From: Thermoproteota archaeon
GTDB taxonomy: Archaea; Korarchaeota; Korarchaeia; Korarchaeales; Korarchaeaceae
Direction of reading: 5' to 3'
Assembly: GCA_027491415.1 (NCBI GenBank)
Contig: JAOZFH010000026.1
Location: 32,001 to 96,000 of the forward strand
DNA: 64,000 nucleotides
Below are positions 26,739 to 35,799 of the stretch, one piece after another. Made by a program: the position numbers and the translations under genes. The stretch's first letter is position 1, and each line of letters starts with the position of its first letter. The notes below the pieces were generated by a model that saw only the letters and a program-made list of their open reading frames with translations, searched no databases and was not told the DNA's origin.

Positions 26739-27479
26739 CTACTCCGAGGATAGAACCCTGAGCGCGACCTCGGCCGCGCGCATCAGCGCGTCCTGCGACT
26801 CCTCAGGGAGCTCAGAGGCTGACGGCCTGACCTCCGCCTTGCCCGTCCCCTCGGCGATGTTCCCATCGACCACTAGGACGGCGGCCGATCTGGCGCCCAA
26901 TAGGCGAGAGAGGACGAATATCGTGCTGCACTCCATCTCCACGGAGAGTAGGTTGAGCTCACCGGCCTGCTCGATCAGCCACTCTTCGTCCACGTAGAAG
27001 GCGTCCAGGGTCGCGATTATGCCCTCGTAAACCGTGAGCCCTTTCAGCCTGGCCTCTCTCGACAGCGCAAGCGCGAGCCTTGGGTCGGGAACCGCCGGGT
27101 ACTCCGCGGGGGCGTAGAACTCCGAGGCCCCGTCCATCCGGAGGGAGCCGTGGGGCACGACGAGCGACCCTATCTCGATCCCCCTCTGGAGGGCGCCGGT
27201 CGTCCCCACCCGGATCAGGAGTTCCGCGCCGGCCTCTAGGAGTTCGTTGACAGCGATCGCGGTCGAGGGCCCCCCAATTCCAGTCGAGCAGATCAGAATC
27301 TCCACGCCCTCGTACTCTCCCTTCACAGACCGGAACTCCCTGTTGTGGGCCAGGACCCTGGGCTCGTCGAGCAGCCCGGCGATCCTATCCACCCTACCGG
27401 GATCGCCCGTCAGAACGACCCTCTCCGGAACCTCGTCGGGCTGCATCCTCAGGTGAAGGAGCCTCCCCAGCTTGGGCAT
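26739..27479 (-). CDS. Nucleoside (uridine) phosphorylase, PNP/UDP family
   Basis: GDPGRV, NREF, STGIGGPS, RVGTTG and VEME motifs. Confidence 0.9.
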   Translation of the reverse strand: MPKLGRLLHLRMQPDEVPERVVLTGDPGRVDRIAGLLDEPRVLAHNREFRSVKGEYEGVEILICSTGIGGPSTAIAVNELLEAGAELLIRVGTTGALQRGIEIGSLVVPHGSLRMDGASEFYAPAEYPAVPDPRLALALSREARLKGLTVYEGIIATLDAFYVDEEWLIEQAGELNLLSVEMECSTIFVLSRLLGARSAAVLVVDGNIAEGTGKAEVRPSASELPEESQDALMRAAEVALRVLSSE

Positions 27480-27532
27480 GGTCTAACGCTCCCTCGGAAG
27501 TTTATTATTGGACTCCCGGGTCAAACGGCTCA

Positions 27533-28954
27533 ATGGAGCTGGATAGCCTGCTCTCTCTGGTTGATAGAGCTCAGGAGATGGCCAGAAGATATGACGCGAC
27601 GTACTTCGAGGTGAGGGCCCAGCTAGACGTGTCCGATGGGCTGTTCATGCGGAACGGAGTCGTTGAGGCTTTTTCGCTGGACTCGACCTCGGGCATCTCG
27701 GTCAGGATGCTCGTAAACGGCGGGCTTGGCTTTGCGTCAACGAACAGACCCGACTCCCTGAGTTCCATGATCGAAGAGGCGTACAAGAACGCCCTAGCCG
27801 CCTCCAAGGTCGGAAAGAAGGTGGCTCTCTCGAGGGAGAGCTTTGGGAGGGCGGAGTTCTCCTCGCCCTACAGGGCAGACCCCATGGAGGTGCCGGTAGA
27901 CGAGAAAGTGGAGTACATGAAGTCGATAGACTCCCCGGCCGCCGAGAGGGGGATAGCCGCCCGGGTGCTGTGGCTGCTATCCTCCAGGTCGGTGGTCCAC
28001 TTCGTGAACAGCGAGGGGGCCGAGGTCAAGGGGGACGTGAGGCGGGTGACCCTGATGGTCAGGCTCACCCACATCTCCGGGGCCGGGGCCACGCAGGAGT
28101 TCACCCAGCCGGGGGGGAGCGGCGGATGGGAGATCGTCGACGGCTGGCGCCTGGACGAGAAGGTCGCGTACCTGTCGGACTCCATGAAGGAGAGGCTGGA
28201 GAAGGGCGTCCCAGCCCCGAGGGGCGTTAAGGTGGACGTGATAGTTGGGCCCCAGGTCGCCGGCCTGATAGCGCACGAGTCCACCGGCCACCCGTACGAG
28301 GCCGATCGGATACTGGGGAGAGAGGCCGCCCAGGCCGGGGAGTCCTTCGTGAAGCCCTACATGCTGGGGCAGCGGATCGGATCCCCCGCGGTGACCGTGA
28401 TAGACGACCCGACTATACCGGGCAGCTACGGATTCTACCTCTACGACCACGAGGGAGTCAGGGCCAGGCCGAGGGCCCTGATGAGGGAGGGCCTGATAAA
28501 CGAGTTCCTCCACAACAGGGAGACCGCGGCCGAGATGGGCGTCAGCAGCAACGCCGCCGCTAGGGCCAACAGGTTCGACAGGGAGCCCATCGTGAGGATG
28601 GCAAACACGTACATAGCGCCCGGCGACGTGTCCGTGGAGGAACTCATCGAGGGCGTCTCCGAGGGGGTCTACCTGAAGAGGTTCATGGAGTGGAACATAG
28701 ACGACCGCAGGTACAACCAGAGGTACGTCGGCTCGGAAGCTTACGCGATAAGGGGCGGGCGGCTCGCCGAGCCCGTTCTGAACCCCGTGCTGGAGGTCAC
28801 CACCCCTGCGTTCTACTCGTCGGTGGACGCCGTCGCCAAGGACCTAGAGTTCGAGGCGGCCACTTGCGGCAAGGGGGACCCGGGTCAGGGGGTTCCCGTG
28901 TGGACGGGCGGACCCAGCGTCAGGCTCAGGGGCGTCGGTCTGGGAGGTACTTGA
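27533..28954 (+). CDS. tldD: TldD metalloprotease subunit
   Basis: HESTGH.EADR, YDHEG, RMANTY and CGKG motifs. Confidence 0.9.
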   Translation: MELDSLLSLVDRAQEMARRYDATYFEVRAQLDVSDGLFMRNGVVEAFSLDSTSGISVRMLVNGGLGFASTNRPDSLSSMIEEAYKNALAASKVGKKVALSRESFGRAEFSSPYRADPMEVPVDEKVEYMKSIDSPAAERGIAARVLWLLSSRSVVHFVNSEGAEVKGDVRRVTLMVRLTHISGAGATQEFTQPGGSGGWEIVDGWRLDEKVAYLSDSMKERLEKGVPAPRGVKVDVIVGPQVAGLIAHESTGHPYEADRILGREAAQAGESFVKPYMLGQRIGSPAVTVIDDPTIPGSYGFYLYDHEGVRARPRALMREGLINEFLHNRETAAEMGVSSNAAARANRFDREPIVRMANTYIAPGDVSVEELIEGVSEGVYLKRFMEWNIDDRRYNQRYVGSEAYAIRGGRLAEPVLNPVLEVTTPAFYSSVDAVAKDLEFEAATCGKGDPGQGVPVWTGGPSVRLRGVGLGGT

Positions 28955-28955
28955 G

Positions 28956-30308
28956 ATGTTCCACGAGGAGAGCATCCGGCTGGCCGAGCGAATCCTCCAG
29001 CTCGCTCAGGCCAGGGGAGCCGAGGATGTGGCCGTGCACGTGGTGTCGAACAGGGCTAGGCAGGTGAGGTTCTCCAACAGCTCGGTCGACGTGGTGAAGA
29101 CCTGGATCGAGACGCTCGTGGAGGTGCAGATCGCCCTCGACAGGAGGGTGGCCGTGGTCTCCACGACCTCCCCACCGGAGGAGAGGTCCCTGGAGGGCTT
29201 CGTCGAGCGGGCGTTTGAGCGGCTGAAGAGGGTGCCGGCTAGGGACGTCTATGTCCCACTTCCGGAGGGGCCGTTCGACTACCCAGTGATTCAGGGCACC
29301 TACGACCCTCGCCTAGAGGAGGCTCAGGAGGAGCTGGTGGACGCGGCCAAGGAGGGGATCGACTCAGGACTGGCGGAGGGCGCCGAGAGGGTGGCGGGAG
29401 TGGTCAGGTCCTACGCGGGCCACGAGTGCCTCCTCACCTCCGGGGGGGCGGAGGTCTGCGAGCGCTTCAGCAGGGTAAACATGGAGGTCAGGGCCCTGGT
29501 GGACGATGAGGCCACCGGACACGGGGTCACCTGCTCCAGGTCACTGGACGGGCTCGACCCGCGGAGGGCCGGGTCAGAGGCGGGTAGAGATGCCGTCCTG
29601 GCCAGCAAGGTGGTCGACCTCCCGGCCGGGAGGCACAACGCCGCCTTCTGGTGGAGCGCCATGACCACCCTCTTGGGAGTGTTCGGCTCCATGGCGTCTG
29701 GCCTCCGGGCCCTGATGCAGATGACCCCCTACGTCGACAAGCTGGGCCAGAGGGTAGGGACCGAGCTGGTGACCATCGTCGACGACCCCTTGATCGACGG
29801 CGGGTACGCCTCACGGTCGTTCGACCTGGAGGGCCTGCCCACGAGGAGGAACGTGATCATCGAGGGCGGGGTCCTGAAGACCCTGCTCCACAACAGGCTC
29901 ACAGCAGCCCACTTCAGGGTCAGATCCACAGCAAACGCGGGCTGGGTGTTCCCCAGACCCTGGTTCCTCACAATGTCACCCGGAGACAGAACCGAGGAGG
30001 AGATCCTCGAAGACCTGGGCAGGGGAGTCGTCGTGAGGAACGCCACCTACCTCAGGTTCCAGAACTACAGGACCGGGGACTTCTCGGCGGTGATAAGGGA
30101 TGGGGTCTTCCTCGTCGAGGGCGGCGAGATAAAGGGGGAGGTCAGGGGACTCAGGCTCAGCGAGAACGTCCTCCACCTGCTGTCCAACGTGTACGCTGTC
30201 GGCAGGGAGACCAGACAGATGACCCACTGGTGGGCGGAGTTCGGGCCGCCCGTCGTGACGCCGGTGATCGCGGTCAGGGACGTGGCGTTCACGGCCGCTA
30301 CCGCCTGA
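28956..30308 (+). CDS. tldE: TldE/PmbA subunit
   Basis: FD.EG, STANAG and TGDFS motifs; no HExxxH; directly follows tldD. Confidence 0.85.
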   Translation: MFHEESIRLAERILQLAQARGAEDVAVHVVSNRARQVRFSNSSVDVVKTWIETLVEVQIALDRRVAVVSTTSPPEERSLEGFVERAFERLKRVPARDVYVPLPEGPFDYPVIQGTYDPRLEEAQEELVDAAKEGIDSGLAEGAERVAGVVRSYAGHECLLTSGGAEVCERFSRVNMEVRALVDDEATGHGVTCSRSLDGLDPRRAGSEAGRDAVLASKVVDLPAGRHNAAFWWSAMTTLLGVFGSMASGLRALMQMTPYVDKLGQRVGTELVTIVDDPLIDGGYASRSFDLEGLPTRRNVIIEGGVLKTLLHNRLTAAHFRVRSTANAGWVFPRPWFLTMSPGDRTEEEILEDLGRGVVVRNATYLRFQNYRTGDFSAVIRDGVFLVEGGEIKGEVRGLRLSENVLHLLSNVYAVGRETRQMTHWWAEFGPPVVTPVIAVRDVAFTAATA

Positions 30309-31689
30309 GCCTCAGGGGCTGCGTTAGCCTAGCGTACCTCCATAGGGCGGCCAGCGCGGAGGCCGCTCTCTCGGGGGATGGAAACACAGGCACGCCCTCC
30401 GCCTCCAGCCTGGAGTTCTCCCTGGCCACCTCCGGCGTGACATCCAGCGACACGACGACTATGGGCTTGCCGTAGTCCCTCAGCACTTGGAGGATGTAGT
30501 CGGTCGTCCTCCTCGGCTCCATGAGCGGCACCGAGTAGAGCGCCATCACTATCAGCGCGTCGATCACGTCAGATCTGGCCATCTCCACCATACCGGCGAG
30601 GTACTGCTCGGGCGTCGAGCTTCCGGTCAGGTCTAGGGGGTTTCCCACGGGGTAGAATGGCGGGAGCCTCTCCCTGAGCCTCTCTGCGGTGGCCTTGTCC
30701 AGTTCAGGGACCTCCATTCCGCGCTCCTCCAGCGCGTCGACGGCTATGACCCCGTATCCTCCCCCGTTCGTGATTATTCCGACCCTTGGCCCCCTGGGCG
30801 TGGGCAGCCTGGCCAGGGCCCGCGAGGCGTCCAAGAACTCCTCCGTCGAGTAAGTCCTGACGACGCCGCACTGCTTGAAAGCCGCCTCGTACGCCGCGTC
30901 GGATCCGGCCAGGGATCCCGTGTGACTCCTGACCGCACTCGCCCCCCTCTGGCTCCTGCCCGCCTTGAACACCACCACGGGCTTCGAGGGGGTCACCTCC
31001 CGCGCCGCCTCCATGAACCCCCTCCCGTCCCTGAGGCCCTCAACGTAGATCGCTATCACCCTAGTCTCCGGATCCTCGGCGAAGTAGCGGAGCAGGTCGG
31101 CCTCGTCCACGTCGGCCCTGTTGCCGTAGCTCACGAAGGCGCTTATCCCCCTCCCCTCCATGGCCAGCCACGTCAGGATTGCGCCGCCGAAGCTCCCGCT
31201 CTGGGTGAGTATCGCAACGTCCCCTGGGCCTGGCCTCGGAAGCCTGTCGGAAGGGGTGAAGAGGGTGTCGAGCCCGACGCTGGGCCTGTATATCCCCATG
31301 CAGTTCGGGCCGATCAGCCTGACCCCGCTCCTCCTGGCCGCCTCCCTCAGCTCGCGCTCTAGCTCCTCGTTCCCGACCTCCGAGAATCCCCCCGAGATCA
31401 CTATGGCGGCTTTGACCCCCCTCCTCCCGCAGTCTTCCACGACCCTCGGGGTAACCGGGGCCGGCACCACGACCACTGCCAGGTCGACGGGCTCGGGCAG
31501 GTCGGCGACGCTGGGATAGCACCTGACGCCGAGTATCTCCTCCGCCTTGGGGTTGACCGGGTAGACCCGGCCCCTGAAGCCCTCGAGCAGCTGCCTCAGG
31601 ACCACGTGACCGAGCTTCTCAGGACTCCGAGACGCCCCGACCACCGCTATCGACTCCGGCTCGAAGAAGGCGGCGAGCTCCCTGGCCAT
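30298..31689 (-). CDS. Acyl-CoA synthetase (ADP-forming) alpha subunit
   Basis: IAVVGAS, GPNCMG, TQSG, SHTGSLAG phospho-His site, TNGGG and NPLD motifs. Confidence 0.9.
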   Translation of the reverse strand: MARELAAFFEPESIAVVGASRSPEKLGHVVLRQLLEGFRGRVYPVNPKAEEILGVRCYPSVADLPEPVDLAVVVVPAPVTPRVVEDCGRRGVKAAIVISGGFSEVGNEELERELREAARRSGVRLIGPNCMGIYRPSVGLDTLFTPSDRLPRPGPGDVAILTQSGSFGGAILTWLAMEGRGISAFVSYGNRADVDEADLLRYFAEDPETRVIAIYVEGLRDGRGFMEAAREVTPSKPVVVFKAGRSQRGASAVRSHTGSLAGSDAAYEAAFKQCGVVRTYSTEEFLDASRALARLPTPRGPRVGIITNGGGYGVIAVDALEERGMEVPELDKATAERLRERLPPFYPVGNPLDLTGSSTPEQYLAGMVEMARSDVIDALIVMALYSVPLMEPRRTTDYILQVLRDYGKPIVVVSLDVTPEVARENSRLEAEGVPVFPSPERAASALAALWRYARLTQPLRLRR

Positions 31690-31753
31690 CCACCGCACCG
31701 AGCTGACGGACCACTCCCTCACCTTAAAAGGCAGGTCAGGGGAGTCATGCCGA

Positions 31754-32938
31754 ATGGCCGAAGAGGCCCGCTTCATGGACATAGTTGAGGCCTTCTTGAG
31801 CGCGAGGGGCGACATCGAGAGGGCCCTGGGGGTCGGCCCCAGGTTCGAAGAGCTATCCGCCGCGTGGCTTCCCGTAAGGACGGATCTGAGCCCGAGGGAC
31901 GCTCTGGAGAGGATGGGCTCCATAGCGGGGATAGACGGCGGAAGCCACCTCGTGGAGGTGAACCTGGGCCAGAGCCTCTTCGCCGTGAGTTCCACCTCCG
32001 TCGCCTTCAGGGCCGGGGAGAGGCCCGAGCCGCGTCGAGTGTTCCAAGTCGGTGTGATTGACTTCTTCAAGGCGGAGGATAGGGTTCGGATATACAGGGA
32101 GGCCCTGGAGGCGAAGATGGCTGCGGTGCTCGCGATCGGGCGTGAAGTGGACTACGTCCTGCTTGATGGGTCCTTGGAGGCCAACCTCGCCGCGGAGCCG
32201 GTGTTCAGAGGGGCCCGCCCCGGGAGATATGCGGGCCTCAGCGAGGAGGAGAGGGAACTCATCGTCTCGGCTTTCCTTAGGGTCGTGAGGAACCTCCCGC
32301 TGGCGTCCGCCCTCACCGTGATCACGGCCACGGCGGCGACGCAGGCAACTCTCGAGGAGGCGGCGAGAGACATAGTGGGGGGTGACGGGGAGGGCGAGGG
32401 GAGAAAGCCCCTGCTGGCGGTCTCCGCCATGGAGCGGCTGGAGCAAGGGGTCTCGCTGCTCGCCCTAGTGGCGGCGGCCGAGAGGGCGGGCGTGAGGGTC
32501 GTGGCGGTGGCGAAGAGGTCCTCGGCGAGGTCGCACTTCAGGTCCACGAAGCCCGACCTGGCCATAGTCCAGAGGTACACGAGGGGGCCGGGAAGAACCC
32601 CCTGTCGAGTGAGGGAAGTGGAGGTCGGCAGGCACATCCTCAGGGCGGCCAGGGCCATCGTCGGCCCTGGGGTGGGCGCCACCATCCGGCTGACCACCCT
32701 CTACGCCAGGCTGGCCCGGTCGGCGGCGCCGGTGAAGTTGGAGATACTTGGGGACCTTGAGGAAGACGAGGTAGACGAGCTTGTCGGGAATCTGGCCGGC
32801 ATAGCCGTTCTAGGATACCCCTACCCCCTCAGGCGGGCCCACGAGCTGGCGAAGATAACGAGGTCAGACATGGAGGCGGGCCTCAGGTCGATCGGCTTCG
32901 TGCCGGAGTTCACCGGAAGGGAGGCGCTGGGAGATTGA
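31754..32938 (+). CDS. nurA: DNA double-strand break repair nuclease NurA
   Basis: GIDGG, LLDGSL, VAKRS and GYPYPL..AH motifs. Confidence 0.9.
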   Translation: MAEEARFMDIVEAFLSARGDIERALGVGPRFEELSAAWLPVRTDLSPRDALERMGSIAGIDGGSHLVEVNLGQSLFAVSSTSVAFRAGERPEPRRVFQVGVIDFFKAEDRVRIYREALEAKMAAVLAIGREVDYVLLDGSLEANLAAEPVFRGARPGRYAGLSEEERELIVSAFLRVVRNLPLASALTVITATAATQATLEEAARDIVGGDGEGEGRKPLLAVSAMERLEQGVSLLALVAAAERAGVRVVAVAKRSSARSHFRSTKPDLAIVQRYTRGPGRTPCRVREVEVGRHILRAARAIVGPGVGATIRLTTLYARLARSAAPVKLEILGDLEEDEVDELVGNLAGIAVLGYPYPLRRAHELAKITRSDMEAGLRSIGFVPEFTGREALGD

Positions 32939-34602
32939 GTCTGAGGGAGGTCGACAGGCTGGGTACGGTCGTGGAGGTGACCACCCCCTCCCAGGTGGAG
33001 TTCGTCGCAGAGGAGGGTGTCGTGCCGGAGATCGGAGATTACGTGGCCGTGGTGCACGGGGACGGCTCGTGGATCCTGGGGATGATAACCCACGTGGAGC
33101 GTGGGAGCAGGGAGCTCTCCGGGAAGAGCCTGCTGTCCGCCTCCGAGGCCGACAGGATCATAGAGCTCGTTGGAGAGCCCTCCCACTGGTCCAGGGCGAG
33201 GGTCAAGCTCTTAGGGCGAGTTGTGGAGCGCGGAGACGGGAACGTCGGCCTGGTCCTCCCCAGGACGCCTCCACCCAGCGGCGCCGGGGTTTACAGGGCC
33301 CCGGCCCAGGCCCTCAGGAGGGTCTTCGCGCCTCGGGGGCCCGGGGTGGACGTCGGGCACCTCCTCACCCGCGAGGACGTGAGGGTCCTGCTCGACCCGA
33401 ACGAGATGATCTCTCGACACCTCGCCGTGCTGGCGGTGACCGGTGCGGGGAAGTCGAACGCCGTGGCCGTGATCGTGGAGAAGGTTCTGGAGCTCAACGG
33501 GGTCGTCCTCCTCTTCGACCCGCACTCCGAATACAGCGGCATGACGCTTAGCCCCGGCGCCTCGGGGAGCGTGATCACCGTCGATCCGAAGATCAACGTC
33601 AACTCGTTGAGCCTCTCGGAGTTCTCCTACCTCCTCGGCATAAACTTCGAGAAGGCGGCGAGACAGTACATCTACCTGAGGAGGCTCTGGAGGGCCTCAT
33701 GGTCTCTCCGAGGAAAGGACCTGCTCGATTCCGTGGTCAGAGAGGCGGGTGTGGACGATCCAGAGCCGGGGAACATACTGGATGGGATGATAGCGATCGC
33801 CGAGGTCGTGAAGGACGCCGTAGAGGCTGGCGAGGCCTCGGGCGCCATTCCGCTGGGGCCCGGGGTGAGCTTCGCTGTGGACAGGGACGCCAAGAACAGC
33901 CTCTACGGCCTGCTGTCGAGGCTCACCCACCTGAAGGAGACCAAGAGGGCGCTCCTCTCTGCCGCCGCCCCCGAGATCGTGTCGCTGCTGGACAACGGTC
34001 GAGCCGTGGTGGTTGACATGGGACCCCTCGGGGAGGACGCCGCCGACGTGCTGGTTGGGCACACGCTCACAACGCTGCTCTCCAGGGCCAAGCAGGTGAT
34101 CGCCGCCCGACGGGTCGGGGGGAGACCGCCCGAAGACGCGCCCCCCCTCCCGGTCATGGTGGTCCTGGAGGAGGCGCACATACTCATCCCTGGAGACAGG
34201 GACACCTACACGAGGCACGCCGCCTCGCGCGTGGCGAGGGAGGGCAGGAAGTTCGGCGTAGGGCTCACGCTGGTGAGCCAAAGGCCAAAGAGGCTCGACC
34301 CCGACGTGCTCTCCCAGATGATCAACAAGATAATCCTAAAGGTCGTCGAGCCTGAGGACCAGGCCTACGTCCGCAGGGCCACGGAATTCCTGAGCGAGGA
34401 CCTGGTCGGATACCTCCCGTCCCTGAACGTGGGTGAGGCGGTCATAGTCGGCCCCATGGTGAGGCTCCCCGCGATCGTCAAGGTCGACCTGTTCGGCGGG
34501 GTCAGAGGGGGGGAGAGCCTCAGGGCCATCGAGGAGTGGGCCAGGGCCGGAGGTCGAGGTCCCGGCAGCGTCCCCGGCGGATACGCCGACCTGGTGAGGT
34601 GA
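32935..34602 (+). CDS. herA: DNA double-strand break repair helicase HerA
   Basis: HAS barrel, RHLAVLAVTGAGKS, DPHSEY, EEAH, REGRKFG and SQRP motifs. Confidence 0.95.
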   Translation: MSLREVDRLGTVVEVTTPSQVEFVAEEGVVPEIGDYVAVVHGDGSWILGMITHVERGSRELSGKSLLSASEADRIIELVGEPSHWSRARVKLLGRVVERGDGNVGLVLPRTPPPSGAGVYRAPAQALRRVFAPRGPGVDVGHLLTREDVRVLLDPNEMISRHLAVLAVTGAGKSNAVAVIVEKVLELNGVVLLFDPHSEYSGMTLSPGASGSVITVDPKINVNSLSLSEFSYLLGINFEKAARQYIYLRRLWRASWSLRGKDLLDSVVREAGVDDPEPGNILDGMIAIAEVVKDAVEAGEASGAIPLGPGVSFAVDRDAKNSLYGLLSRLTHLKETKRALLSAAAPEIVSLLDNGRAVVVDMGPLGEDAADVLVGHTLTTLLSRAKQVIAARRVGGRPPEDAPPLPVMVVLEEAHILIPGDRDTYTRHAASRVAREGRKFGVGLTLVSQRPKRLDPDVLSQMINKIILKVVEPEDQAYVRRATEFLSEDLVGYLPSLNVGEAVIVGPMVRLPAIVKVDLFGGVRGGESLRAIEEWARAGGRGPGSVPGGYADLVR

Positions 34603-34608
34603 GCCCCC

Positions 34609-35799
34609 TTGGTGAGGTTCGTTCACCTGGCCGACGCCCACCTGGGAAGGAGGCAGTACGGTCTGGAGGAGAGGGAGAGGGACTTCCTTGAGGCGTTCAA
34701 CGAGGCCGTGGATCGGATTATCGAGGCCAAGCCTGAGTTCGTCGTGTTCTCGGGCGACCTGTTCGACTCCTATAGGCCCTCCCCGACCACGCTGGTGAGC
34801 GCATTCGTGGGGCTGAAGAGGATCGTGGACTCCGGCGCGAGGGTCTTCGCGGTCGCAGGGAACCACGACCTGGGTCCGGTGCCAGGGGGCGGCAGGTCCT
34901 CCCCCCTCCCCCTGTTTGAGAAGGCGCTGGAGGGTGGGCTGGTGAACCTGAGCTACTCGCGCCCCGTTGAGCGGCTCGACGGCGTTTTCGTCGCCGGCCT
35001 CCCGTACACCCCACGGCAGGAGGTGGAGGCGCTCAAGTCGGCCCTGGACGCCATCTCCAAGCGGGTCCAGATGGGCCCGGCCCAGGTGGTGCTGATCCTC
35101 CACCAGGCCGTCAAGCCGATCGTTCCGCCTCAGAAGGCGGAGATCGACAGGACGGTACTAGACAGGCTGGCCTTCGGCTACTACGCCATGGGCCACGTCC
35201 ACGACAGGAACTTTCCAAGAAGGACGTCGCAGAGGAGGCCGATAGCCTACTCCGGATCACTGGAGGTGGTGGAGGAGCGGGAGGCCGACAAGCTCGAGGT
35301 CTACGGTAAGGGATTCTACGTCGTCGATCTCGACGGCGAGGAGGCGAACATTTCTCCGGTGAACCTCAGCTCGATAAGGCCGTTTCTCGTGTTCAGGGAG
35401 AGGGTCGACAGCGCGAGGGGGCTCGAGGAGCTGGCCTCCAAGATCGAGGCGAGGGTCGCGGGTGGGACTTGGGCCAAGCCCCCGGTGGTCAGGGTGTCCC
35501 TGTCCTCCGCCAGGTTGGACCCCAGAGACGTGAAGGACCTCCAAGACGCCCTCAGAGACTCCCTCGGCCAGAGAGTCCTTAAGGTGTTCGTGAGGCTCAG
35601 GCGCCTAGACGAGAAGCTCGGGGAGGCTGAAGTCTCGATAGAGCCCAAGATCGACGTCGAGAAGGTCTTTGAGGAGATAATACCTGCCGAGAACGTGAGG
35701 AGGCTCGCCATAGAGATCTACAGGCTGTATCTGGAGGGTAAGGGGAGCAAGGAGCTCATCAGAGAACTCGAGAGGATCTACGAGGGGTGGGCGCCTTGA
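34609..35799 (+). CDS. mre11: Mre11 nuclease
   Basis: DAHLG, GDLFD, GNHD, GHVH and YSGS motifs. Confidence 0.95.
   Translation: MVRFVHLADAHLGRRQYGLEERERDFLEAFNEAVDRIIEAKPEFVVFSGDLFDSYRPSPTTLVSAFVGLKRIVDSGARVFAVAGNHDLGPVPGGGRSSPLPLFEKALEGGLVNLSYSRPVERLDGVFVAGLPYTPRQEVEALKSALDAISKRVQMGPAQVVLILHQAVKPIVPPQKAEIDRTVLDRLAFGYYAMGHVHDRNFPRRTSQRRPIAYSGSLEVVEEREADKLEVYGKGFYVVDLDGEEANISPVNLSSIRPFLVFRERVDSARGLEELASKIEARVAGGTWAKPPVVRVSLSSARLDPRDVKDLQDALRDSLGQRVLKVFVRLRRLDEKLGEAEVSIEPKIDVEKVFEEIIPAENVRRLAIEIYRLYLEGKGSKELIRELERIYEGWAP

Noticed and set aside
30298-32070. Extended N-termini in the ORF track, e.g. acyl-CoA synthetase to 32070 (likewise COG2403 to 17877 and DUF354 to 42705)
   Set aside because: The extensions overlap well-supported neighbouring genes, and family homology starts at downstream start codons.
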